From Raillietiella orientalis (lineage: Eukaryota), in the NCBI GenBank assembly GCA_036172245.1, contig JAYWIR010000014.1, forward strand, positions 4,340,001 to 4,404,000: DNA of 64,000 nucleotides. The letters run 5' to 3'. Below are positions 49,882-60,810 of the stretch, piece by piece (position 1 is the first letter of the stretch; each line of letters begins with the position of its first letter). The notes under the pieces were generated by a model. That model made no database searches. It had not been told where the DNA came from and worked only from the letters and a program-made list of their open reading frames with translations. Position numbers and translations under genes: made by a program.

Positions 49882-52615
49882 GGAGGGGTGAAGTTGGTGT
49901 CCTCCCCAATAGGGGAAGAGTCCCCGGGATGCCAATAGGGAGTATTCGAGCCTGCCGAAGGGAATCGCTGGTCGGTTGAACCCGGACGCAGCCTCCATTT
50001 GCGAGTCGCCTCTTGCAATGCTTCCGGTTCCCCTTGGAGACAGGCGGACCTCTTCCTCTGCGTCTTTCTCCTCCTGGAGAGGACCCACGAAGGCGAAAGC
50101 CGTCTCACGCCCCCTTCCCTCCAAAGTCTGCTCAGACTTTTCGGACTTGCGAGCTCGCATCCTCTCTAGGGAAACCGTTCCCCGCGTGCTTGAGTTCTTC
50201 CGACCAACGGCCTGTACCACACTCTTCGGACCATTCCCTACCATGAAAGGAATCTCCGGGATGTCCGCTTGCTCGGGCCCCTGTTTGCGCGGGGAAAGGT
50301 CGGTGGAAGAGGTTTCTTCTTCGGCGTCATCGAAGACGATTTCGAGAGCGCTCCGGCCTTCCGATCAGGGCGGACTCCAGGAAGGACAAACTGTTGCCGC
50401 CGGAGAGGACAGACTCCCGCTCGCGGCCGGGACATGGGCGTGACAGAGCCGTGAATGGGCGGCGGAGATTCGGAGGAGGTTCGGGGGTACGCTGTCCTCG
50501 GGCAGGCGCGTGCCCCCCGAGATCTCGGATGAAACGACGTTAACACGGCAACTGAGAATGGGAGGGTGAGGGCGCGCCGGAAGTGAAGGGATCAGGAAGT
50601 GGAGTACTTCTTTTCCTGGAGTGGAAGGAGGTCCCCGGGTATGTGCAGAAGAACTGAAGATGGCACCGTCTCGCGTCTCACCCAGAGGAGCTTTAAGCGG
50701 ATTATCAGAGAGCCGCTTGAAGCGGGCGACCGGCGGAGGAGCCACAAAGCGGGCCGTGCTGATTCGTTCTGTCGATTACGCCCCTATCAAGAAAGGGGCC
50801 GCAAACAAACGGAGGAAGGAAGAAAATCCCGCCTTCCCCTCCTTATTTCTGTTCCCTTCAACTCACCATCGCGACTCACCCATTTCAGACGCTTCTTTCC
50901 CTCACACCCTCTTTGCCTTGCCATCGCTCAGAGGCTTTGGGTGCCACCACCGCCGGGTCCGTTCCGCTTTCCTCCGGTCGCTCCAGGCACTGCGATCCAC
51001 CAGATCTCCATCTCCTGGTGGTGCACGGTTCTTACGATGCTGGATCCAGGGAGGTCGACACCGCCACCATCACTGGCACAGAACGAAAAGAATGGAAATT
51101 GAGGGAAGGACTTTTGTTGCCTTTCGTTTCACTAACTAAGGAGGGGATGCTACAAGGCGACAGCAGCAGCAGCGAGAAGACATACTTCCCGCGAGGGAGG
51201 AACGAGGTCTCTTCGGAAACATTTTAATCCAAGGTGCACCAAGAAACAGGATGGGAGGAGGGGAGGAGAGGGGTGAGTGGCCGCGACCACGAGCGTCAAC
51301 GTGTTCGTCTTAAGGAGCAGCTCACGACCGCTATTTCCCAAAACATAGGCAGAACGGTGCACACCAAATATGGCAATGGTGAAAGCAGTGAGTTCGGTGC
51401 TGCGCAGAGGGTCCGGAGAAACGCCATTTGAATGCGATGTTGGCAGGATAAGAGGACCAGAAAGGAGCCAACATTCTGGTCATTCTGCACTGGCTTGCTT
51501 GAAAAGTTTTTTTTTTTTTTACGAGCTGAGTCCGAAGCAGTGTGCCTTATGGAGATGCTGAACAGTGTGAATGTTGGAACAGATGAATGATACTTTGCGG
51601 AAATGGCTCGAGTCGATTCCAGCAGCAAGGAACATCCTCTTGCTCTCAGCGGCCCAACGCGACGGCTCCGCCCACGCTTCCGAGATACCGACGTAAGCGC
51701 CAAGCGCAACGGTTTCCTGCCTTTACGAGCGCAGCAGCTCGGCGACAAGGGACTTTTGGCCGAAGTGCAGCAGGCCAGCGCGGAGGAAGGCGTCTGGTTG
51801 CCCATTGCTTGAACCGGGTCCGCTGCGCGTGCCAGAGGAGACAAGCGAAAGCCGAATCGGTGACCTACACGGAAACCTGACAGCCTATACGACGTGTCCT
51901 GCGACGTCCTTCGAAGCATGCGGAACCATTTCAGCAGTTCTTTCACACCCGAACTAGGGTCCGTGAGCGCAATCTGGGAAGGAAGGTTGGTACGAGACCG
52001 TACGCCCTCTCCCACAGATGAGAAGCTCGCCACTGCTCACGTGGCTCCGCGATCCGATGTCAGCGTCCTAGCAACCGCTTCGCAATTTTTTCCTTTTTCT
52101 TTTTCTGAAAAAAAAAAAAAAAAGGAAAGAAAAAGCCACCGAGGAGAGACCGCTTCTCTTGTACAAAAATCCGAAGGAGCGCGTTTGACAGAACAGACGG
52201 GGAGGGTGGGGTGGGCGGGGTGGGTGGGGATGTCGGCACATGACGTTGTAAAATTTCCTGCAGATGTTTTTGCTCAACATGAAACCAGAGCTCTGCTCGG
52301 TGCTGAAGTGAACTCGTCAAGTTTATGAAGTTCTCTCAGGCAGCAGCAGCACGGTGACGGCCGCGCGCTCTTACGACTGTGGAACTCCAGAGCGAATGCA
52401 CGCTGCAGCGTATCCAAGGAAAAGAAGGGTGGGATGGAGACGGAAAGCTCGACGGACGAGTGATGTTCAACGATATCCAAATCCTTCAAGCTTACAGACA
52501 CGCGTACCGAGAGACCACGTGACCCCGCGACGAATAGCAGCAGCGAGCCACTGAGGGGTGAGGCAGTTCTCAGGGGACAGGCGTGGTTCGGTCATGAGGC
52601 ACACCAAGGGACCTG

Positions 52616-53443
52616 GGGGCGAACGAATTAGGCGGTTGAGCCACGGGCCATCTCACGGACGCTGAGACCCCGAGTGCTCAACCGAAGGGACTATATGGCT
52701 CTGAAGTGAGCTGCTGGGAATCCCACAAGACCTCGAGTGGCCCCCAGAGCTAACCGGGCCCTTCCCCTGAAGCAGCACAGTCGGCACTTCTGCTGTTGCA
52801 CTGGGACCTCCTGTGCAACGCTCCACGCTCCCACTGGACCCGAGGGGATAAGGACCCCAATCGCTGCAGGTGCGGGGAACGAGAATCCCAGCTCCCGAAC
52901 CTGTTTTTAGACTGTGTTGCCCTCCGACCCTGCGGTTGCGCAACGGCCCTTGGTGCACCGACGGACAATCTCAGGGACGTGACGAAGCGCCTCTTCGTGC
53001 GCGATGCTCTTTCTCCTGCCGCATCCTTAGCAGCTCTTTGTTTCTGCCTACGTGGGATTGCGGCGGCCTGGAGCTACGCGAGAGGCCGACGGCGCGATAG
53101 GGACGTCCTCTGCTTCGCCCTGCGCTTCCTGCGGACGGCAGCAAGATGGTCCCACCTGGGGCATACTCGGATGGAACTTGCCAGCCTCCTGGAAAGGATG
53201 CAAAGGACACTCTTCAGAGGACAGCAATCCCTTCCCGCGCCCCCCAGAGTTTTTCATTATTACTGATTTTCGTTTATTTTTATTCTTGTTTGCCCCTCCG
53301 CTGCCGAGGCGAACCTCACCGGTTTGCGTGCCGCTCACTCGGCAGGTTCCGAACGTTTTCGGACAATACATGTGTAGGGCCGATGGACCCACACATGTAT
53401 TTTTATTTTTTACAATAAACGTCCCGGCTTGACCGGGTGATAA
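52616..53443 (+). mobile_element. ~830-bp 3' end of an L1/Tx1-like LINE (right copy)
   Basis: ORF 52796-53266 contains HWDLLCNA...CRCGERESQLPNLFLDC..LRP...IAAAWSYAR, resembling the W.LLH.AL...CxxCG.xE(S/T)xxHLFxxC...AIWxxR C-terminus of L1/Tx1 ORF2, with H decayed to N. It is followed by a T-rich 3'UTR and AATAAA at 53414-53419. Confidence 0.75.
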
Positions 53444-54552
53444 ACCAACTCCACCCCTCCGTTCCCCTTCCTGGCAGCGGGGAGCCTAACCGACCCGCAC
53501 CGCGTCAGAGGAGGAGGCGCCCACCGGATGAACCAGGATGAGACGGGTGCTGCCCACCTGCGCCCTCTCTCGACCGCAAGGCGCACCACCTGGGGAGCCA
53601 AAGTCGAGGGAGGAACGAGGTGGAGTGGTGTACTTCGCTGTACAACGCTGTACGGAGCATTTGGGAGGCGCCGGAAGCAGCGGATTCTTCCAGACGTTCC
53701 CAGACCCGCGAGCAAGGAGGAAAAGGGAGCTCCGCCCCTACTCTCGGCGAGCTTCCTCCTTCTCCACTCGGTCCAGAGCCAGCATGGCTCCTGCGCGGGG
53801 TGCGGGCGTTGGGCGGCTCTCGAGAGTCCTTTGCCTCGGGCTGTGGCTCACTGCCGAGTGGCGCAGGTCTCTCTGCGGCCGCCGCGAATCGCGGGCAAGA
53901 AAGCAGCATCCTGACCGCCGCCGTGTCCGATCCAGTCCATCGGCGACTGCCATGGCCGGAAGTTGTCGCTACCGCTCATCCCCCCCCTTTCTGAGGACTT
54001 CTGGTCTTTCGGAGCGCCCGACGGCCTCAAGGAGGGTCTGAAGAAGGTTGGGTGTTGCGGGGGCGGCGGGCGCCACGGATGGTGCAGCAGGGGAATCGCT
54101 GGTCAGAGATAAAGTGGTCATCGGGAGCTGCGGAGGCATCTCCTCTAGCGTAGGGGGTGGGCGCACTCATTCGTTCAGTTGTTGGGGTTTAATGGGAGGG
54201 GTTCCTTGACGTTGGTGGGACGAGGCGGTAAGCAGGAGGAAGATCCTCGAAGCCGCCATGGCGCTAAGTGAAGTCACGAGGCTTCCATCGGATGCCGACT
54301 GTCCCCAGTTGACGGCAGCCGCGAGAAAGACCACTTCCTGCAGCTGCCTCCATTCCAGACGGAGATCCCGGCTCGGGGAGCGCAGGGGCTGAACGCCCTC
54401 CTCCTCCTTTGACCCACCCATGCACTCTCGACTTCCACCTTCGGGCCACGGGAACGGAGCGGATCGACTGGAGGAGTCGACGAAGCCGCTGCCAGGAGGT
54501 TCTCAAGGCAACGGCTTCCACATCCTCTCTCTTTCCCTTCCCGCCACTGCGA

Positions 54553-56003
54553 TCAGGTGCCTGCCGATTGTACCCGGGTCGCCTCACCTGGCCGGAGGAC
54601 AGTGCGCTGCGGGAGCCCCGACTCGAAAGCAGAGTAGAAACCTCCTCTTCTTTTCCCATCCTCCTTCCCGATCTCTCCAGTCAGACTGCGCTCAGCGGGT
54701 GCGCTGGAAGGGACAGGACCGATGAGTCTGTAGCGGAGTTGTCTGCCTGTACGAGCGCATGAGCCATGCGCAGAAGAGTAAATCACTCGTGCGGAGGCGA
54801 CACCGAACCCCAGGAGGGGGAAAAGCACTTCACAAGCATTGGTCAGCAGAGTGGGGCCCGGCACCTCCCCAGGCCTTCCTCCAGCGAAGCCCTGGGAAGA
54901 TACAAGCCCTCCTTCCCACGCAAGGGGGCGGGCGGTAAGAAGTCAGCTCCCAAGAAACTGCATCCAAATTCCTCGATGACCCGCTGTACACAGCCGCGTT
55001 GAGCAGGGTCGGGAGTCCGGAAGCCCCTCCTAATCGATCCTGGGGGCGAGGGGAACCGTGGCGCCACCTGCTGTGGATTTCAGCCAGTTTCTAGCGTTCC
55101 CGCGGCAGCGCCCAGATGTCAGTGCGCGCGTACATGTGGGAGGTGTCAGGATCCGCGGCTCTCCGTTTCGGAGAGCGATGGTCGCGTCCCTCCAGGCAGA
55201 AGGCGCTGCAGAAGCACCCGTGCCTTGCGGCGGAGCCCCGGACAGGCCAAAGCGGTTTTGTTCGTCCCGTTTCCTTTTTTTTTTTTTTTTTATCCTTTTA
55301 AGAGGAGTCTTCGGAGGTCGCAGGGGTCTTCGAGGGGAGAGTTCATCTTGACGCGCGCGCGTCGGTTGTGGAGTTGTGGAGGCAATGGACTGGCAGACTT
55401 CGATGCTGCGGATGAAGAGGGTTGGAGGTGGGAGAGGGGGTGCCACACCGATGGGCCAAACGAAACAGACGGGTGTGCTGCATGCGAATGAGGGGCCCTT
55501 TCTCCCCGGCGGGCGAGCCGCAGAGCGCGCGGTGGCGGCTGGTGAGCGAGTCACGCGTACAAGGGTGAGTGGCTTAGGGAGGGCCGCGGGCAGGCGCTGA
55601 ACGCGCTTCCCAGCCAGGCGACCGCCAGCCCGTCGCCTGGGGAGACGGAGGCTGCGCTCCTGCGCTGACTGGAGCCACGATACTTCCCCATCGACGCCGC
55701 CGTTTCCGAGTTCACTGCCGCGCGGCGACCCAACGCCGAAGAGGAAGGGTAAGATCGGCCTTTCGCGGCGACCCCGCTAGCGCATCGCGTCGCGAACGCT
55801 GGAGGCAACCGACCAACCGACTCCGCTACAGCCTCATCGGGTCCCTTCCAGCGCACCCCTCTGAGCGCAGTCTGACTGGAGAGGTCGGGAAGGATGAAGG
55901 GAAAAGTAGAGGAGGTTTCTCCTCGGCTTTCGCGTCGGGGTTCCCGCAGCGCACTGTCCTCCCGCCAGGTGAGTCGACCCGGGTACAATCGGACGGCGCC
56001 TGG
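54553..56003. repeat. Diverged ~185-bp inverted repeat (54553-54739 / 55820-56003)
   Basis: The copies translate as YPGRLTWPEDSALREPRLESRVETSSSFPILLPDLSSQTALSG (+) and YPGRLTWREDSALREPRRESRGETSSTFPFILPDLSSQTALRG (-), with 11 substitutions over 129 aligned nt. Confidence 0.9.
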
Positions 56004-57838
56004 TCCGGGCGCGATACGATGCCTTTCCGCGGCGAGCGTTGCGTGCGATCTTCAACTCTGCAGTGATTCCGTGCAGCACGCTTCTGATCCAAGGGCAAAT
56101 CCTCCCCTCCCTCCCGGTCCTGCGGTGGGCTTCTGCTCCGAAAGACGACGACGACGGCGACAACAACAAAATCCCCCCCCCCCTTTTCTGTGTCCGTTGC
56201 GGACGTTCCGGTCGCACCTCCCTTCTTCCCGTGTGAGCGCCTTCCTCCGCGACGCTGCCGCTCGTGTTCGATGCCTCCGAGCAGAGCGCGGGTACGCAGC
56301 GGACCCGAGGTCGCGCGCGTTGAGGAGCGCGGCTTGGCGTGCCGGAAGAGCACCGCGCGCGCCCGTCCCGTGAGGCAGCGTGACCGCAGCAGCGCATTCC
56401 AGGCACCCAGTTGAGCACGGGACGGGGACGGGGCGGCGGCCGCTCCCTCGGCGCCATGCCGACCGAGCCCGCGATCGCGCGGCGTCCCGCTTGCGCGTGG
56501 TCGCCCCTGCGCGCAATGCAACCAAGCCGTTCGTCGGGCGGCCCTCTCGCAGCTGCGGAGCGAACGAACCTTCGGCCTGCGTGCGCGGAGGGAGGCGGAG
56601 ATGGGAAGAAGCGGCGGTGCGCGTGCACGCGCACGCACCGAAGCCAACGCACGCCGCTGATCCCTCCTCGCGTGTTTGCCCGAAATCGAACCCCGCGTTG
56701 CTCCGGTGGTGCCGTCAGTGGAAACGAAACGTTCGCGAGCAGACAGCAACACCTCTGGCGGGAGGAACGGGTTCAAAAGGTCATGAGGCAACTCCAAACG
56801 GCTGCGGAGGCGCGCACCAGTGGCTCGTAACGGTGCGTCTGAAGCGAACCCCGAGGTTAGGCGCGAGAGGATTTGTGAGGAACGGCGGCGCTTCAGCGTG
56901 GTTCAAGTACTCACTTCCGGTTCCGCGGTCGAAAATTCGAGCTTCCATAGGAAACTCTCGCGGCCATCTTTCTGTGCGCCGGACGTTATCCTCCTTCCTT
57001 TGCTGACTGCTCCCAGCCGTTTCGAGGCAGGCGAACACAAAGTCTGCTTTGTTTTCTATTTGTTTGGGGTCATCAAAAGGGCACGCTCTACCCAAAAGTC
57101 CTTTCACACGTGGTCCAGCTTTAGAAACGAAAAACTCGTGCCTCTCTCTCGTACGTTTCGCTTCTAGCCATTCGTTCACTTATTTTCCACCAGCCTTATT
57201 TATTAACCCTTTCCCCCCCCCCCTCTTTTCTCTCTCTGTCTTGGGCGGATCACTTGTTAACCGCTTAAGCGCGTGTGTTTTGTTAAGAAGAAATTCTAAA
57301 GAGGGACCTGCGTCGGTTACACCTACGTCAGACATGATTTGTTTCGTTCCAGAGGAAGGCAAGTTCACGACGAAAGTGTGACTTGATGTTGCCGAGGACT
57401 CTGGAAGAAGGGGGACCCATGGCACGGAGAGCAGTAGGATAGTGGTCAGAGGTAGAAACCCAGGACACCCCAGATGGTGCTGCAGAATGGTAAGCACACA
57501 TCAGGCTCGGGAACATTGATGGCAAGGATGCACTTTATCTCCCCGGCTTAAGAATTGCGATTCAAATCAGCCACAGGGATAGGGACGGGAATCATTCTGT
57601 TTTCCGAATGGAGCCAAATTTGCGTCATCGGATGATTGATTATTCCCGCTTAACAAGTGAGGAACACGAATCATTTTGCGAACTCCCGCTTCGGAATTAG
57701 TGTTTCCTTTTGCTAGCAGAATGTTCGACACTGGAAGTGCATGTCATGTTGAACGCTCGAATTGAAATGCACGAAATGACTTTCAGGAATCTCCCCCTCC
57801 CCCTTTTTTTTTCTCACTCTGTATCAAAATTCTTGCAA

Positions 57839-57874
<36 letters not shown>
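57839..57874. repeat. Compound (AC)n(AT)n microsatellite
   Basis: Direct reading of the sequence. Confidence 0.95.
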
Positions 57875-57875
<1 letters not shown>

Positions 57876-58176
57876 AATATATAAAACACGTGTTATGCAT
57901 CGACATCAACGGCTTTCTATTCAGCCGAACACGGCTCGAAAGTTGGATGAAAACTCAAATTAATAAACAAAGGGAATTACCGCCAACGAGAACATCGTGG
58001 ATTCTGTTCTTTTCTCAAAATTTCATTTGGGGGTTCTCATGAGCTGAGGAGCTCTTGAATTCGGGACCGTCGAGTATCAATACCATTTCAATATCGATCC
58101 TCGTCAGAGAGCGCAACAGGGAAACGATCAAAACCAAGCTCAGCTTCTTATCACATCTTGGCCTCCCCACTTTCCT

Positions 58177-58281
58177 TGCTGCTGCTGCTGCTGCTGCTGC
58201 TGTTCTCAAGTTCTCACTCTGCTGCATCGGATGGCAGCGAACTACGAGCAGAAGAAGACGCCTCTCTCTCTCTCTCTCTCT
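58177..58281. repeat. (TGC)n tract 58177-58202 and (CT)n tract 58262-58281
   Basis: Direct reading of the sequence. Confidence 0.9.
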
Positions 58282-60366
58282 TTTTTTGCTTTCCTCTTGA
58301 CATCTTTTCAAAGAGCATTCGAAAAAGGCTTGCACAGCAATTGAACAGAATCTTTCAAAGGGTGCAGTGCCTCCTCTAGGATGGATTCATCATAAGGAGG
58401 AGGAATCTTTTCCACTGGCTGCTCCACACCGCGAATTTCTGTTCTCTACTTTGTTTCCAGAATTAGGGCAATAAATTCTTCGTGAAACAATTTTTCATTA
58501 AAATTCCCATCGGAAGGAAATATCCCCAAGGTGAGGAGGGGAAGGTAGGGAAGATAAGGAAAGGGAAGAAAGAAGGGAGGAGCTAAACTTCATCTCAAGT
58601 TCGGACGACTTCGAATTACTTTTGGCGAACTGTTTCCATTGAACTGTTCCTCGGGCAAACACGCAGTGTTTCTCAGAGCGCGCTCTGAGAATGCCGCCGC
58701 TCCGGGTTCGCGCCCTCTATTGAGCAGTCTCGAAAGCGCGCGCTCCACGTGCATCCACTCGCTTTCCTTTGGATCCACTGAGGAAGGAAGCATCGCGTCC
58801 AACGATCCCAAATCCTGGAGATCCCTCCGCTTCACCTCATACACGTTACAGCTACGTTTTCCCCGTGAAACCGGAAGTCGGATCGGAAAGAACATCCGGA
58901 AGGGAGGGGGCGGATTGGCGGGCACCGTCAAGCTGGTCGATGCGTAATGACCACATCATACGATACGGAAACCCAAAGATGAAAACGAAAACAGCATAAA
59001 CAGCAACCTTCTCGGGTTTAGAAGGTCTGGCAACACGAGATCTCTCCCGAGTCGATTTTCGAAAAGCAAGCAAACAGACAGATGATCCGAACAGATTTGC
59101 TGACTAGCCGACGGTCTGCCACCGGCTTGTGATCGGCAGAAGACGTATGCGTTGGATAGATCTGCTTGAGCTGGGACCGAAGCAATAAGAAGATTCCAGA
59201 AATCATAACGAAAAGAGCGAGCACGCTTCATTGCACGCGATCGCGGATGGCGATTACAAAGAGCTCCCAAAGGACATAACCCTGGCCTCCAAAGGCATCG
59301 CCCTAAGCTCAGCGCTGACCCCAAAGATCGCGACAAGATTTGATTCGTGGCTTCCGGCAACCCTTTGGCCTTGCTTATCATCGAGCTTGCAGATAGCCCG
59401 CAACCCGCCCTCTCGGGAGAAACATTTCGTGAACCCATCTTGCATCGGTGGCCTGGTCCCTTCACTGAATTAGGGTACCAGAATCGGGGAGGACGGAGGG
59501 AGCGTCTGGGAGGGTAGCAGGCAACGTGGCGTGGTCGGCGCAACGGGGTGCGTATGGCCGCTGCGGCTTCGTGTCTACGGTCGCGCCACCGGGAGCGACC
59601 TCCACCCGTCCCTAGGGGGAAACCTCCACTGTGCGAGGATACAACAAAGGAACGGAGTGCGCGCATGCGCCTACTGTCGGGCAAGGAAGGCACACGCGCG
59701 CGCGTTCCTGTCCGGGGTCCGCAGTTCCCTGGCTCCCGCAGCGATGCCGCATGCCAAAGGCGGAAAATTCCGTGCCTGCGTTTCGGGCCCCGCAATCCGC
59801 GCGCATGACAACACGTGCCCTCTTGTTTGCGCGAAACGCGCATACGCGTGTCGCGCTTCCTTTGCTGCTGCTGCTGTTTGCGGGGGCCCGAACTCGGCCT
59901 TGCCTCTGCCTTGCTCCTAAACAACGCTCTGCTGGCGGCCCGAAGCTCCGCCGCGCCCAGCCTTCCCGACCACCTGGCCGGACGCAGCCGGGAGAGCGGC
60001 GGCGCGCCCCTTCCAGCCTCCCGTCGGACCGAGGTGCGCGCTCTCCTGGGAAACTGAAGAGCGGGTCGCAGCGAGAGCGGCCGCGCGCGTTCCGGGTTAC
60101 GAGATCTCGTTCCAGCGGAGCAGAGCAGTGGAGGAACGCTCTCTGGGCGGCCTGAGCGCTAATCCGGGGAGGGTCGGATTCATCTTCCAGGAGGGGGTGC
60201 AAACGGATGCCGGCAGAAGGGCAGGCAGGAGGCGAGGAAGACCAGGAAGCCGGCCCCCAGCTCGGGGTGCACGCCGCTTTGCTGCGCAACGCACCAAAGA
60301 CGCCGCTACGCCTTCTCATCCGTCCTCCGATTCGCTTTTGGGGCTGGTTCCAGGGAAGGAAAAGGA

Positions 60367-60702
60367 GGGAGGGGGAGATGCGTGGGGACAACAATGCATT
60401 CCGAGGGGCGCCGCGGCCGAACAGGCTCCCTCGAACGACTATTTTAGGAGAGAGGGGGGGGAGATGCGTGGGGACAACAATGCATTCCGAGGGGCGCCGC
60501 GGCCGAACAGGCTCCCTCGAACGACTATTTTAGGAGAGAGGGGAGATGCGTGGGGACAACAATGCATTCCGAGGGGCGCCGCGGCCGAACAGGCTCCCTC
60601 GAACGACTATTTTAGGAGAGAGGGGGGGGGAGATGCGTGGGGACAACAATGCATTCCGAGGGGCGCCGCGGCCGAACAGGCTCCCTCGAACGACTATTTT
60701 GG
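60367..60702 (+). repeat. Minisatellite, ~4 copies of an 82-87 bp GC-rich unit
   Basis: Unit agatgcgtggggacaacaatgcattccgaggggcgccgcggccgaacaggctccctcgaacgactattttaggagaga(G)n starts at 60376, 60462, 60544 and 60631. Copies differ only in G-run length (8, 4, 9). Confidence 0.97.
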
Positions 60703-60768
60703 ACATTCGAAAAGGCAGCGGCAAAAAGCCATTTGTGCATGCATTTCACGTAGCGGGAAAGAAGCCAT

Positions 60769-60810
60769 TTCTTCTTCTTCTTCTTCTTCTTCTTCTTCAT
60801 CTTCTTCCTT
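60769..60810. repeat. (TTC)n microsatellite
   Basis: Direct reading of the sequence. Confidence 0.9.

Larger units (their letters stand above)
49036..53448. repeat. 794-bp near-perfect inverted repeat (49036-49829 / 52655-53448) with 2825-bp spacer
   Basis: All overlapping ORF translations are identical between arms. I found one mismatch (49049/53435). Similarity drops to roughly three-quarters over ~25 bp just inside the arms. Confidence 0.97.

Noticed and set aside
49036..53448. 4.4-kb DNA transposon with 794-bp TIRs and a 3-bp CTC target duplication
   Set aside because: CTC does flank both ends, but a 3-mer match is expected by chance. The arms are LINE 3' ends, no transposase is visible, and the swapped 13- and 17-bp TSDs explain the ends better.
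49036..53460. DIRS-type element (ITRs plus internal complementary region) or endogenous densovirus
   Set aside because: Only half of an ICR-like match exists, and it is explained as TSD A. No tyrosine recombinase, RT/RNase H, NS1 helicase or capsid is recognisable. GPPSTPGK near 50610-50635 is not a proper Walker A context.
60367..60702. CRISPR array
   Set aside because: Units are contiguous identical repeats with no unique spacers, there are no cas genes, and the context is eukaryotic.
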